Origin: Candidatus Latescibacterota bacterium
GTDB taxonomy: Bacteria > Latescibacterota > UBA2968
Direction of reading: 5' to 3'
DNA: 64,000 bases
Assembly: GCA_965204375.1 (NCBI GenBank)
Contig: OZ241986.1
Coordinates: 2,176,001-2,240,000, forward strand
Notes under the pieces: model-generated
Told to the model about the DNA's origin: nothing
What the model saw: the letters and a program-made list of their open reading frames with translations, nothing else
The model's database searches: none
Program-made: the position numbers and the translations under genes
In this document: one piece after another, positions 9,786 through 19,898 of the stretch
Position numbering within the stretch: position 1 is the stretch's first letter
How the letters are laid out: every line of letters begins with the position of its first letter

Positions 9786-10769
9786 TTAAAGATGCCCAAC
9801 TCCTCGCAACACAGCCTCTTGAACCACCAACTCGTGTTCGTATGATCGATCCGGCGCGCACTCACCTCGAATAGCCAGTAAAAACGCCTCCAATTCCAGA
9901 TCGTACAAATCCTGCCGAGATTGCTGCGCCACATCGACAAATTGAACACCCTCCTCATACCCATCGCGCGCCTCGTCCAAACACAGACGGATTTTCTCCG
10001 CAGGCTCCATCGGCTCCATAATCGCACTGCCCTTTGTGCCATACACCTCAAATCGACGTGCATTGGGCCGCGGCTCCAGTGCCGCAATATCGACAATGGC
10101 AATCGCCCGCTCAAATTCAAAAATACCCACCCCATTATCCGTAAATCCCTCGACCTCGCGCATATCGTTGCGCAAAAATGGCGTCACGCGCTCGGGCCTT
10201 CCCAAAAGGTGGACAATCTGATCGAGCTGATGCCCGCACAAATCGAAAAACACCCCGCCCTGGTGCACTGTGACTCTTTCTTTTTGCGGTTTTCCCAAAA
10301 ACGTGGACATATGCGCCCGAACCGCAAACACATCGCCCAAAAAACCCGAATGCACCCACTCTCCAATCTTGCAATACCCATCGTGATACCGAAACATGTA
10401 TCCCATCTGAATCAACAAATTCCCCTCCCGCGCCCGTGCGATAATCCGCTGCCACTGATCCCAATTCTCACCAGCGGGCTTGTCGTACCACGCGTGCTTT
10501 CCCGCCCGAACAATGGCCTCTGTCTGATCCAGACTCTCGACATTTGCACCCTCTGATGCAATAGCCACAATTTCATCATCGTCCAGCATCTCCGCTTCCG
10601 ATTCAAACCAATAAACGCCTTCATAACCCCCCGATTGCGCCATCTCCTCGCGGCGTCTCTCATCGGGTTCGAACACACCAACCACCTCCACCTCTGCATT
10701 GGTTTGCATCGACCGCAATTTGCCGGCTGCGTGACCGTGTTTTGTACCGTATTGCGCCATTTTAATCAT
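9786..10769 (-). CDS. Gfo/Idh/MocA-family oxidoreductase
   Basis: GKHAWYDKPAG, QMGYMFRY, DLCGHQLD and EVYGTKGS. Confidence 0.85.
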   Translation of the reverse strand: MIKMAQYGTKHGHAAGKLRSMQTNAEVEVVGVFEPDERRREEMAQSGGYEGVYWFESEAEMLDDDEIVAIASEGANVESLDQTEAIVRAGKHAWYDKPAGENWDQWQRIIARAREGNLLIQMGYMFRYHDGYCKIGEWVHSGFLGDVFAVRAHMSTFLGKPQKERVTVHQGGVFFDLCGHQLDQIVHLLGRPERVTPFLRNDMREVEGFTDNGVGIFEFERAIAIVDIAALEPRPNARRFEVYGTKGSAIMEPMEPAEKIRLCLDEARDGYEEGVQFVDVAQQSRQDLYDLELEAFLLAIRGECAPDRSYEHELVVQEAVLRGVGHL

Positions 10770-10780
10770 TTTTCATTCTC

Positions 10781-11635
10781 CTAAATGTCAACAAACTCTC
10801 GTTGTGCCCGTTCCTCTTCCGCCACATCCAGAATGCGTCGAATCAACAAACTCTCCAGACGCGGAATATTTGCCTTACCACTTTCAAAAAGCTCCATAAT
10901 CGCCTCAGTAGAACGCGGGAAAATCACCGCCCGATCCACCTCCATATACCGCGTCTCCTCCGTCGTCGTCACAACAGCAGCCTGCGGCGTCCTGTGCTTC
11001 TCATTCAGATTGATCACCGCCGTTCGGTTGCCCGTAAAATCGATCAAAATCTGATTGTACTTTCCCTTACTCCGACGCATCAGCCGTTTGGCACCCGTGC
11101 CCATACAACTCACCACAATCTCTGTCGGATGAATCCCATATTCATCAAAAGACCGCCCACTCTGCCAGACAACCATGTGTTTCACCTTGCGGGGACCGAC
11201 TTCTCGCACAAAATCCTGCACATTGCTATACCGCAGTGCAGACGAAGTCTGTATCGGAACGCGGTACTTATCGGCAAGTGCGAATATCTGTTGCGCCGTA
11301 TCGAGATCGGGCGCAAAAGTCTTATCCACATAAGTAGCCTTGCCAAATGGAAAAATCGCCTCACACATTGCCAGATGGCGCTCCGGAGTCCTCGGCGCCA
11401 GAACAAGATAATAATCGACCGCATCGTTCAAAGCCTGCACATCCGGGAAATACGGCACCCCATTTTCCACTGCCCATGCAAGGCTGGATTTCTGGCGAAT
11501 ACCCGTACAGCCCGTCACTTCAAATCCCCGGTCCTTCAAATCATTCCTGAACGCACTCAAATACACATTTGCGTGAAAATTATTCAGATCGAGATCGTAA
11601 AAACCGACGCGTTTCAAGCGGCGCACTCCTTTCAA
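10781..11635 (-). CDS. Gfo/Idh/MocA-like oxidoreductase (short form)
   Basis: GKATYVDKTFA, SSALRY and EYGIHPTE. Start codon uncertain. Confidence 0.75.
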   Translation of the reverse strand: MKGVRRLKRVGFYDLDLNNFHANVYLSAFRNDLKDRGFEVTGCTGIRQKSSLAWAVENGVPYFPDVQALNDAVDYYLVLAPRTPERHLAMCEAIFPFGKATYVDKTFAPDLDTAQQIFALADKYRVPIQTSSALRYSNVQDFVREVGPRKVKHMVVWQSGRSFDEYGIHPTEIVVSCMGTGAKRLMRRSKGKYNQILIDFTGNRTAVINLNEKHRTPQAAVVTTTEETRYMEVDRAVIFPRSTEAIMELFESGKANIPRLESLLIRRILDVAEEERAQREFVDI

Positions 11636-11651
11636 AATAGGTGACAGTAGA

Positions 11652-13157
11652 TTACCTCAACCCCAGCCGTTCATACTGTTCTGGAGGCGCATCACATGCT
11701 TTCATCCCCTGAATCAACAGATCCACCATTCGTTTTTCAACCTCCGGATCCTCCAGTGGCTTTTCCTGTTTTGGATCCTGTTCCAGATCATATAATAAGG
11801 TCCCAAAATCATGGATTCTCAACAACCTGGGACTAAAACCCTTGCTATCCCGACCGGTGTGAATCTTCAGCACCTCACACCCTTTGGTAAAACTAAGCGG
11901 TTCGGAAAGCGCCATCTTGCTCACCAATTCCTCTGGCGCAAAATGAGATCGGATGTGGGTTGGCATCAACGTATATTCAAACAAAGGCTGATTTTCCCGA
12001 TCTGCCGATGCCCGCATATACACATACCGCCCATCCGTCACATTGCCCTGATGCCCGTGCATCCCAAAAACCGCTGCCTCTCGCACCGCCATATCGTTGC
12101 TCACCGCATCGCCAAGAGGTTTGCCAAGCATATCCACTGTCGGTTCCAAACCAAAAAAGTCCAGCAATGTCGGTCCCAGATCAATCGACGGCTGTACCAA
12201 TGCCTCTCGCCGTTCCCCTTTCTTACCACACCGCGGATCCCATACAAAAAATGGTGTATGAGCCACCTCCTCATAAAAGGGCATCCACATCTTGGCCCAG
12301 CAATCGTGCTCACTCAGCAAAAACCCGTGATCGGTCCACACCACCAGCAACGTATCTTCCCACATCTCCAATTCATCCATCAAATCCAGCACATCGCCCA
12401 GCTTGGCATCGCACATCGACAGCAACGAAGCATATTCAAACCGCATATGCTCAATTTGCTCCCGCGTCTCTTTCACCGGTTCATAGCTCGGCCAATCGTG
12501 CAACGGACCGTCGTAATCTCGATAATGTTCGGCGTAGAGATCCTTAAACTTGCGCTGGGAAAAAAACGGCTCGTGGGGATCAAACGTTTCAATCTGCAAA
12601 AACCAATTGTCTTCCGTGTGATTCCGCCGAATAAAATCAATCCCCGCCTCAAACGTCTTCGACTGGGGTTGATCTTCTTCCCGCCGCATAAACTGCCGAT
12701 TAATCAAATCCTGCCGGGACAGGTCATCTTCACCCGAATTTCGCCCATACGTATTTTCTGTAGAAGGATCTGCCACCTGCCCTTTCCACAAGTCCCCTTC
12801 CTGTCCCCTGAAAAATTGCCAGGTACTATACTGGGTGTGATACGTACACCCACCATCTTCCCAATAATGCTGATGATCGCTCACCAGATGGCTCGAAACA
12901 CCATGCTCCTTTAACATGCGAGGCACCGAATCGTCAAACGGCTCCAGCGGGCCCCACGAACGATGCAAAAAATTGGGCCGCCCCGTATGAAAATCTCGCC
13001 TGGCCGGCATACACGGCATCGAGCACACATAAGACCTGTCAAACGTCACTGTCCGCTCTGATAGTCGTTTAAAATTTGGCGTATGCGTCCAATCACACCC
13101 ATAGGGCGACAACAGATGTCGATTTAGTGAATCAAACATCACCACAACTGCCTTCAT
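11652..13157 (-). CDS. Sulfatase (S1)
   Basis: VVMFDSLNR, CMPARRDFHTG, FDPHEPF, TDHG and LYDLEQDPKQ. Confidence 0.92.
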   Translation of the reverse strand: MKAVVVMFDSLNRHLLSPYGCDWTHTPNFKRLSERTVTFDRSYVCSMPCMPARRDFHTGRPNFLHRSWGPLEPFDDSVPRMLKEHGVSSHLVSDHQHYWEDGGCTYHTQYSTWQFFRGQEGDLWKGQVADPSTENTYGRNSGEDDLSRQDLINRQFMRREEDQPQSKTFEAGIDFIRRNHTEDNWFLQIETFDPHEPFFSQRKFKDLYAEHYRDYDGPLHDWPSYEPVKETREQIEHMRFEYASLLSMCDAKLGDVLDLMDELEMWEDTLLVVWTDHGFLLSEHDCWAKMWMPFYEEVAHTPFFVWDPRCGKKGERREALVQPSIDLGPTLLDFFGLEPTVDMLGKPLGDAVSNDMAVREAAVFGMHGHQGNVTDGRYVYMRASADRENQPLFEYTLMPTHIRSHFAPEELVSKMALSEPLSFTKGCEVLKIHTGRDSKGFSPRLLRIHDFGTLLYDLEQDPKQEKPLEDPEVEKRMVDLLIQGMKACDAPPEQYERLGLR

Positions 13158-13173
13158 ATCTCCTCCTATTTGA

Positions 13174-13992
13174 TCAAATCCCCACTTCTAACCGATGGGT
13201 TGTATCCACCACCGGATCATCTCCCTCAATAAACCGCGCCATCGTATTGTGTGTCGCTGGTCGAGTTTTGAAATCCGCAATCCACGGCTGCCTGAAATAA
13301 GCCTGTTTTTCACGGGGCAAATTTTCCAGCACCACCGGTGGAATATTCAACCGGTGCCAGTGCGTCGCCAAATGCGAATACGCGTGCAAAATCGTCACCC
13401 GGGGCGTATCCCGTTGCCACACAGGACCTGCATGACATACATTCTCCGTAAAAAATAATGCACTACCCGGCGGGCACTCATACGTCATCAAAAATGGACT
13501 GCGCTCCCCCTCCTTCAACGACAAATGCGCCTTGTGCATTGGGAAATTGGCCTTGTGGCTGCCCACAATAAAATGGGTGCCGCCATCCCCTTTGTTCACC
13601 CCCGACAGTTCAAAAATCACCCGAACCATCCCCGCATGGATGCGCCCATTTTGAACCCGATACCCAAAAATCGGATCGATCTGCCCCCGCGCCCCTCCGT
13701 GCAATTCGCCATGTGATTGGCCCTTCTTTCTCCAAACACACCCGGCTGCCTCCAGCCGAATCTCAGGCCCGATAATCTCGTGCAAAACATCGATCACCTT
13801 TGGATGATCGATCAACACACTCGCCGGTCCACCGGGAACGGCGCGATGTTCGGGAGGCAAAGATTCGGGATTGTGCTTAATCCGATCAATCTGATCTACA
13901 ATCGCCGCCACTTCATCTTTCGATAAAATCGCCGGTCGAACCATAAACCCCGTCAAATCAAATCTAAATCTCTCCTCTTCGGTCAAACCCAT
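13174..13992 (-). CDS. PhyH-family Fe(II)/2OG oxygenase (HxG variant), paralog of 5214-6002
   Basis: MGLTEEERFRFDLTGF, LHGG, GGTHFIVGSHK and FTENVCH. Start at ATG 13992. Confidence 0.8.
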   Translation of the reverse strand: MGLTEEERFRFDLTGFMVRPAILSKDEVAAIVDQIDRIKHNPESLPPEHRAVPGGPASVLIDHPKVIDVLHEIIGPEIRLEAAGCVWRKKGQSHGELHGGARGQIDPIFGYRVQNGRIHAGMVRVIFELSGVNKGDGGTHFIVGSHKANFPMHKAHLSLKEGERSPFLMTYECPPGSALFFTENVCHAGPVWQRDTPRVTILHAYSHLATHWHRLNIPPVVLENLPREKQAYFRQPWIADFKTRPATHNTMARFIEGDDPVVDTTHRLEVGI

Positions 13993-14174
13993 AGCGGATT
14001 CCTTTCTCACAAGAGCAATCTGTTTTGATATATCACCATTAGAATATAACGCTATCCAACCGAAGTCAAACGCGATAACTCTGCCTTGACTTCCCAATTT
14101 CAAATCCCTAACATGCGTGCTTCGGATGCAGATCATCACCGACCCCAATTTTAGCCCCGCCTTTCGAATGTGAT

Positions 14175-14903
14175 ATGCCTGATATCCTGCGTATAAACAT
14201 GTGGAGCGGTCCCCGCAATGTCTCAACCGCCCTCATGTACTCATTCGCCCAGCGACCAGACACCCGCGTAATCGACGAACCCCTCTACGGCCATTATCTG
14301 CGCGTGTCTTCTGCCAAACACCCGGGCGCAAGCGAAGTCATAGCCGCCATGGAATGCAATGGCGAAAACGTCATACGCGATATCATCCTCGGTCCCTGTG
14401 ATCGCCCCGTTCTCTTTATGAAACAGATGGCTCATCACCTCGTCGAAATCAGCCGCGACTTTTTTGCACATACCCACAATGTCCTGCTCACGCGCGACCC
14501 CGTTGACATGCTGCCCTCACTCGTCAACCAGCTCAAAATCCCCACCCTGCGCGACACGGGCTACAAAATGCAAGCCCAGCTTCTGCGCGAGTTTCACGCC
14601 ATAGGTCAAAAATTTCCCGTGCTCGATTCCCGAGAACTCCTCAAAAATCCACGGCATGTCCTCACAAAACTCTGCGAAGCCCTGAACATACCCTTTGAAC
14701 CCGCAATGCTCACCTGGAAAGCCGAGCCTCGCCCCGAAGACGGAATATGGGCGAAACACTGGTATCACAACGTCCACAAATCCACTGGCTTTCAACCCTA
14801 TCGTCCCAAAACCGAACCCTTTCCCGATCGCTTGCGACCGCTCCTCAGAGAATGTCAACCCTATTACGACCAGCTTTATGCTCATGCCATCAAAGCTGAA
14901 TAA
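14175..14903 (+). CDS. Sulfotransferase-like P-loop protein (BCAT-associated type)
   Basis: MWSGPRNVSTALMYSFAQR, DEPLY, KQMAHH and WYHNVHKSTGF. Confidence 0.85.
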   Translation: MPDILRINMWSGPRNVSTALMYSFAQRPDTRVIDEPLYGHYLRVSSAKHPGASEVIAAMECNGENVIRDIILGPCDRPVLFMKQMAHHLVEISRDFFAHTHNVLLTRDPVDMLPSLVNQLKIPTLRDTGYKMQAQLLREFHAIGQKFPVLDSRELLKNPRHVLTKLCEALNIPFEPAMLTWKAEPRPEDGIWAKHWYHNVHKSTGFQPYRPKTEPFPDRLRPLLRECQPYYDQLYAHAIKAE

Positions 14904-14914
14904 ACGGAGAACCC

Positions 14915-15820
14915 GTGTCTATCCAATTACCCGACCCGCGAAACGAAAATATCCTCATCTATGTCGGCGGTGAACTGCTCCCGCGCGAAGACGCCAAAAT
15001 ATCCGTCTTTGACAGCGCAGTTCAGGGCGGCGATGCCGTATGGGAGGGCCTGCGCGTGTACAACGGCAAAATCTTCCAGCTCGACGCGCACCTCGACCGC
15101 CTCTTCGACTCTGCCAAAGCTATGGCCTTTGCGGATATCCCCTCTCGTGAAGCGGTCAAAACCGCCATCTTTGAAACCCTCAAAGCCAACAACATGCGCG
15201 ATGAAGTACATATCCGACTCACGCTCACGCGCGGGAAAAAAACCTCATCGGGCATGAGTCCACACTTTAACCAATACGGCTCCTGCCTCATTGTGCTACC
15301 AGAGTGGAAACCCCCTGTTTATTCCTCTGAAGGCATCTCCCTGATCACCGCCTCTGTTCGCCGCAATCCCCCCATGTGCATCGACTCCAAAATCCATCAC
15401 AACAATTTGATCAACAACATCCTCGCCAAAATCGAGGCCAACGTAGCAGGTGTTGATGACGCGATCATGCTCGACATCTTCGGCTATGTATCCGAAACCA
15501 ATGCCACCAATATCTTCATCATAAAAAAAGGAGCGCTCATCACGCCCCATGCGGATTCCTGCTTGCCCGGCATTACAAGAGGTGTCGTAATCGATCTCGC
15601 GCGCGACCTGGGCATCGAAGTTACCGAACGCAACCTATCACTTACCGAAGTCTATACAGCGGACGAAGGCTTCACCACAGGCACCATGGGCGAACTCTCC
15701 CCCATCCTCGAAGTAGATGGCCGCACCATCGGCAACGGCAAACCCAGTCCCCTCACCAATCGCCTGCGCGAACAATACGCCCAATACACCGCCGAACACG
15801 GCGAACCTATTCCGTTATAG
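14915..15820 (+). CDS. Class IV PLP aminotransferase (BCAT/D-amino acid aminotransferase-like)
   Basis: ISVFDSAVQGGDAVWEGLR, SETNATNIF, LPGITR and ADEGFTTGT. Confidence 0.9.
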   Translation: MSIQLPDPRNENILIYVGGELLPREDAKISVFDSAVQGGDAVWEGLRVYNGKIFQLDAHLDRLFDSAKAMAFADIPSREAVKTAIFETLKANNMRDEVHIRLTLTRGKKTSSGMSPHFNQYGSCLIVLPEWKPPVYSSEGISLITASVRRNPPMCIDSKIHHNNLINNILAKIEANVAGVDDAIMLDIFGYVSETNATNIFIIKKGALITPHADSCLPGITRGVVIDLARDLGIEVTERNLSLTEVYTADEGFTTGTMGELSPILEVDGRTIGNGKPSPLTNRLREQYAQYTAEHGEPIPL

Positions 15821-15831
15821 GTATCAGGGGT

Positions 15832-16410
15832 TTAAATCTCCCAGTTCGAGGTATAAGATCGTCCCTGAAGTCGCTCTGCAAGCTCAATCAGCACGTCCAG
15901 TGACTTGCTCAATCTCGCCTTCCTCTTATCATCAAGTTTGCCTGCCTCAACCCAATTGTCATCGTGAACATACACGTTATACGGGCTGATAATACACTTA
16001 AAATCCAGCATAAGGGATGTTGCCAGCGAGGCAAACGCCATATAGCTGTGTGGCAATCCGGCCGCATTGACAAACATGACAATCTTATCGTAGAAAGCTC
16101 CTCTGAGGGACCCATCTGGTGGGGTAGAGCCTATATACTCGACAAATTTCTTGAGTTCAGAGCAACACGCCCAATTGTACACTGGGCTGGCCAATATCAC
16201 AGCATCTGCGGCTGCAATGACTTTATGACTCGACAGGTAAACCTCAGATGAATAGATCTTATCGTCGTCAAAATTTGGTGGGTCAAATTGCCGAAGATCG
16301 ATAAAGTCAACAGAAATGCCCTTGTCCTCCAGGGCGGTCTGGCACATAGCAGCAAGCATCCTGCTACGACTATTGGTATTGAGACTACTGCTGACGACTG
16401 AAATTCTCAT
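15832..16410 (-). CDS. NADPH-dependent FMN reductase (flavodoxin-like)
   Basis: SSSLNTNSRSR, FIDLR and ADAVILASPVYN..LKKF. Confidence 0.85.
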   Translation of the reverse strand: MRISVVSSSLNTNSRSRMLAAMCQTALEDKGISVDFIDLRQFDPPNFDDDKIYSSEVYLSSHKVIAAADAVILASPVYNWACCSELKKFVEYIGSTPPDGSLRGAFYDKIVMFVNAAGLPHSYMAFASLATSLMLDFKCIISPYNVYVHDDNWVEAGKLDDKRKARLSKSLDVLIELAERLQGRSYTSNWEI

Positions 16411-16593
16411 CTGGACCTTCCTTCAAGGCAGAGTTTCGATATGTTCATGTGTGAGTAAAAAAATATCTTCTTTACAATCCCAATACATCGTCCTCAAGAA
16501 CAAAAAAAACCTGTTCTTTTGGACAGGTTATTGAAGCCTTAAAAACATCTTTTTTTGTCAAGATCCATTTCAGCAGACTGAGTCAAAAAAATA

Positions 16594-16621
16594 AAAAGCC
16601 GACGCACAAACATCGGCTTTT
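16594..16621. terminator. Bidirectional-type intrinsic terminator hairpin
   Basis: AAAAGCCGA...TCGGCTTTT downstream of the higA-like gene. Confidence 0.55.
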
Positions 16622-16695
16622 GTAGTACCCTCTTTTTTCAACTTCATCCACACTTTTGAATATACTTCTCGACGGATCGCAACACTCGCTGTGTG

Positions 16696-17058
16696 CTACT
16701 TATAGACCAGGCGATCTGAAATACTATCTTGATCTATCTGCACATGTAGCCTTCCCTGCCGATGAGATACCGGCCCCCTGATAACGATTTCCACATCGCG
16801 CCCGAGTGCCGTCAACAGACGCAGGAGACGCTCCATGGAATACTCTCGAAAATTCCCCCTCAGGAGGCGCGAAACATCAGGTTGAGATAAACCGAGCAAT
16901 TTCGCCGCCTCGACCTGCTTGAGTCCCCGCTGACGAATAATCTTGTCAATACGGGTGACGAGTTCTGCCTTTAACAAGTGAGCCTCGGCGTCAGGTCGCT
17001 CCAAGTCGGCGAACACGTTACCACTGCCGCGTTCGATTTTGATCACTTTCGTCTCCAT
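16696..17058 (-). CDS. higA: HigA-like XRE HTH antitoxin
   Basis: GSGNVFADL, GLKQVEAAKLLGLSQPDVSRL, followed by the YSMERLLRLL segment; directly downstream of the toxin. Confidence 0.85.
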   Translation of the reverse strand: METKVIKIERGSGNVFADLERPDAEAHLLKAELVTRIDKIIRQRGLKQVEAAKLLGLSQPDVSRLLRGNFREYSMERLLRLLTALGRDVEIVIRGPVSHRQGRLHVQIDQDSISDRLVYK

Positions 17059-17062
17059 TGCT

Positions 17063-17431
17063 CTACCCTTCTACATAAATGTCCTTATAGTGTTGTTCCG
17101 CTGACCTTAGCCTGCGTTTGATCAGATCAATCTCCTGCTTCGGTGTCTCAATACCCCGTTTGGCTTTCTTCTGGAAGGCATGTAGAACATAGACGGCCAA
17201 CTTGAAGCGGACTGTATAAACTGCCCGGTAAGTGTCTCCGTCGTAACGGGAAACGACCTCCAGAACCTGGGGTCCCAACCCCTTGAGAAGTGTAGCGTCG
17301 CGGTGTCTAAGTCCGATTTGAGCCTGATACAGAGCAAAGCCGACCCTATCCTGTACGGCAGCAGGAAACTTCTTCAAGTCCCCTTTACTCGATCCGACCC
17401 ATTCGACGGGCTTAAGCATCTCACTGGTCAT
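17063..17431 (-). CDS. higB: RelE/HigB-family toxin (Gp49/DUF891-like)
   Basis: KPVEWVGSS, GDTYRAVY and YVLHAFQKK; toxin-first gene order. Confidence 0.85.
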   Translation of the reverse strand: MTSEMLKPVEWVGSSKGDLKKFPAAVQDRVGFALYQAQIGLRHRDATLLKGLGPQVLEVVSRYDGDTYRAVYTVRFKLAVYVLHAFQKKAKRGIETPKQEIDLIKRRLRSAEQHYKDIYVEG

Positions 17432-17511
17432 ATCTAATTATAGTGGTTTCACCATATTTGCACAAGCACCTTTTTGTAAACGTCGGCTTTTTTGAGTCAT
17501 TAGCAGCGACC

Positions 17512-18333
17512 TCAACCGTGGAAAACCTGTACCTGACCAGACGCTTTTCCCGACACAGTCGCGGGATCAAGTGCGCCTTCTCCAAAGAGTCGAGGAAACG
17601 TCTGACCAGTCTTCAAAGAACGCGTTCTCGCATCCATATAAGTCGCGCTAAAAGCCCTCCGGGGCGACGGAGTCGAATTGAGAGCCGAACGGTGGAGCAA
17701 AAAATTGTGCAGCAAAACAGCCTCCCCTGCCTCGGTCTCCAGATCAATCACATCCTTGGGCTGAGTGTACTTCGCTTGATCCTCTTCAGAAGTATAGTGC
17801 CGCTCATTGAGAATACCCAGATTATTGCTACCCGGCACGATCTGCATACAGCCACTGGCAACAGTGGCATCGTCCAGCCCGGTCCACACCGTAATAATCG
17901 GATTGGTATCAATCCCCCAGCCCACGCCAATATCCTGATGCCAGGGCAAAATCGTGCCGCTCTCAGCGGGTTTATTCATAAACATAGAGCGAAAAACCGA
18001 AACATTTTCGCCGATATAGCGACGGGTAATCTGGCGGATAAGAGGGTGCTGCATATAGGTAAGGAAGAACGGATCTTGTTCCAGATCATCGATGCGTCGA
18101 TAATGGAGCGTCGGCTCCTGATTCCCCAGAGTGCGATCCATTCTGACGTCAGGCGTTTTGGGATTGAGCTGAAAGCGCATATTCCCATAGCGGACGCGGC
18201 CCAGCATAATATCGTCAATGCGCTGCTGCAGGGCGGCCAGTTCTCCAGGCGACAGGAGATGTCCCAGACGCAGGTACCCCTCAGCCATAAACTGCTCGTG
18301 GTGCGCGTCGTCAAACGAAGTGAGAGGATTCAC
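17512..18333 (-). CDS. PhyH-family dioxygenase
   Basis: GTG start at 18333 after GGAGG; FMAEGYL, WHQD, SGCMQIVPGS and LLHRS. Confidence 0.85.
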   Translation of the reverse strand: MNPLTSFDDAHHEQFMAEGYLRLGHLLSPGELAALQQRIDDIMLGRVRYGNMRFQLNPKTPDVRMDRTLGNQEPTLHYRRIDDLEQDPFFLTYMQHPLIRQITRRYIGENVSVFRSMFMNKPAESGTILPWHQDIGVGWGIDTNPIITVWTGLDDATVASGCMQIVPGSNNLGILNERHYTSEEDQAKYTQPKDVIDLETEAGEAVLLHNFLLHRSALNSTPSPRRAFSATYMDARTRSLKTGQTFPRLFGEGALDPATVSGKASGQVQVFHG

Positions 18334-18446
18334 GGCGTGACCTCCTCGGAAATTGGTCTGCCTATGCGATTGGATTGACTGCCAAACTATCACCAAGATT
18401 CGCCAGAAGCAACTGAAAAACGCCCAGTCCTGCGAAACGGCCCTGC

Positions 18447-18475
18447 TTGACAGAGAACAATTCTCTGTATATGAT
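18447..18475 (+). promoter_or_regulatory. Sigma70 promoter TTGACA-N17-TATGAT with a perfect 8-3-8 palindrome in the spacer
   Basis: TTGACA at 18447-18452, TATGAT at 18470-18475; ACAGAGAA-CAA-TTCTCTGT at 18450-18468. Confidence 0.7.
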
Positions 18476-18518
18476 GCCTGATACTGCAAATCACCAAACA
18501 CCAGAAGGGGCGTAAACC

Positions 18519-19898
18519 ATGAGCAATGTGCGAGATTTTGGAGCCAGAGGAGATGGGATCTCAGATGATACAAAAGCGATTGAAGACGCACTGGCAAAAG
18601 GAGACGGAACGCTACAATTTCCAAAAGGCGACTATCTCATTACGCACACTATCAACATAGAATTAGCCGACAGTGGGCGGGTGAGCATAGACGGATCGGG
18701 AGGCGCAGCAAAAATCCTCATGGATGGTGCAGGACCCGCATTTCAAATCACCGGCACACATGTGCGCTCAGCCGATCCCAAAACCTTTGAACCCCATGTC
18801 TGGACCCATGAAAGAATGCCCACAATATCGAACCTGGAGATCGAAGGTGCACATCCCGAAGCAGATGGCTTCTCGCTAACAGGCACCATGCAGGCGACCT
18901 TTGAAGGCGTACTCCTGCGCAAATTAAACCACGCCATCCACATACGCGACCGCGCCCGAAACGTCCTTATCTCCCACTGTCATCTGCACGACAACCGCGG
19001 CGTAGGCATCTTCCTCGATCATGTAGATCTTCACCAAATCATCGTTGCCTCCTCGCACATCAGCTATTGCAAACGCGGAGGTATCAAAATCATCGGATCG
19101 CAAATCCGCAACTTGCAAATCACCGGCAACGACATCGAATACAACTACGATGAAGAAGCGGACCGATCTGCAGATATCTGGATCGACACTAGCGACGGAT
19201 CCGCCACAGTCCGCGAAGGCACCATATCGGGCAATACCATCCAGGCAAAATCCTCGCCAGGAGGCGCAAATATATTGATGATCGGCCACTCTCCTCAGAC
19301 GAACAACAAAGTGGGCATGTTCACCATCGCGGGAAATTTGATCGGCTCGCAGGAAAACAACATCCACCTCATTGCAGCCAGAGGCGTCACCATCTCGGGA
19401 AACGCGATCTACAATGGATTCAACCGAAACCTCCTGGTAGAACACGCCCAAAATATAGTACTTGGCAGCAACAGCTTTGACCACAACCCCGATTACGGTC
19501 CCTCGCGCCGCACTGGCATTCAATTTATAAACAGCACAGATAGTATCCTCAGCGGGTCAACGCTTCACGAGTTCCAAAGCGGACGAAATGAAAACGCGGA
19601 CGATCGTCAGGGCCTTTTGGAAATCATCCGCTGCGCCCGGCTCACCATAAACGGCTGCCAGATATTGGACGGCTATCCAGGCGCAATATACGTAACCGAC
19701 TCCGACGACATCAGCATCACCGGATGTACCCTGCTGGAGAGGAGAACACAAAAAGAAACCGTTTCAACGATTCACTGGAACGGCATAGGCCGTGGCAATT
19801 TGTTGAGCAACAACCGAATCGGAAATGGAACAGCAGGTACACTATCCATAGACGAAACGGCTGGCGTTCAAGTTAGCCATAATCGAATAGACGAATAA
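18519..19898 (+). CDS. Right-handed parallel beta-helix protein (pectate lyase 3 superfamily N-terminus)
   Basis: NVRDFGARGDGISDDTKAIE...FPKGDY and repeated ISGNTI/ITGNDI motifs. Confidence 0.85.
   Translation: MSNVRDFGARGDGISDDTKAIEDALAKGDGTLQFPKGDYLITHTINIELADSGRVSIDGSGGAAKILMDGAGPAFQITGTHVRSADPKTFEPHVWTHERMPTISNLEIEGAHPEADGFSLTGTMQATFEGVLLRKLNHAIHIRDRARNVLISHCHLHDNRGVGIFLDHVDLHQIIVASSHISYCKRGGIKIIGSQIRNLQITGNDIEYNYDEEADRSADIWIDTSDGSATVREGTISGNTIQAKSSPGGANILMIGHSPQTNNKVGMFTIAGNLIGSQENNIHLIAARGVTISGNAIYNGFNRNLLVEHAQNIVLGSNSFDHNPDYGPSRRTGIQFINSTDSILSGSTLHEFQSGRNENADDRQGLLEIIRCARLTINGCQILDGYPGAIYVTDSDDISITGCTLLERRTQKETVSTIHWNGIGRGNLLSNNRIGNGTAGTLSIDETAGVQVSHNRIDE

Noticed and set aside
9770-10135. 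N-terminal extensions in the ORF track (also 13993-14226, 18334-18624, 49748-49846)
   Set aside because: They overlap neighbouring genes or promoters; family homology and SD sites begin at the downstream starts
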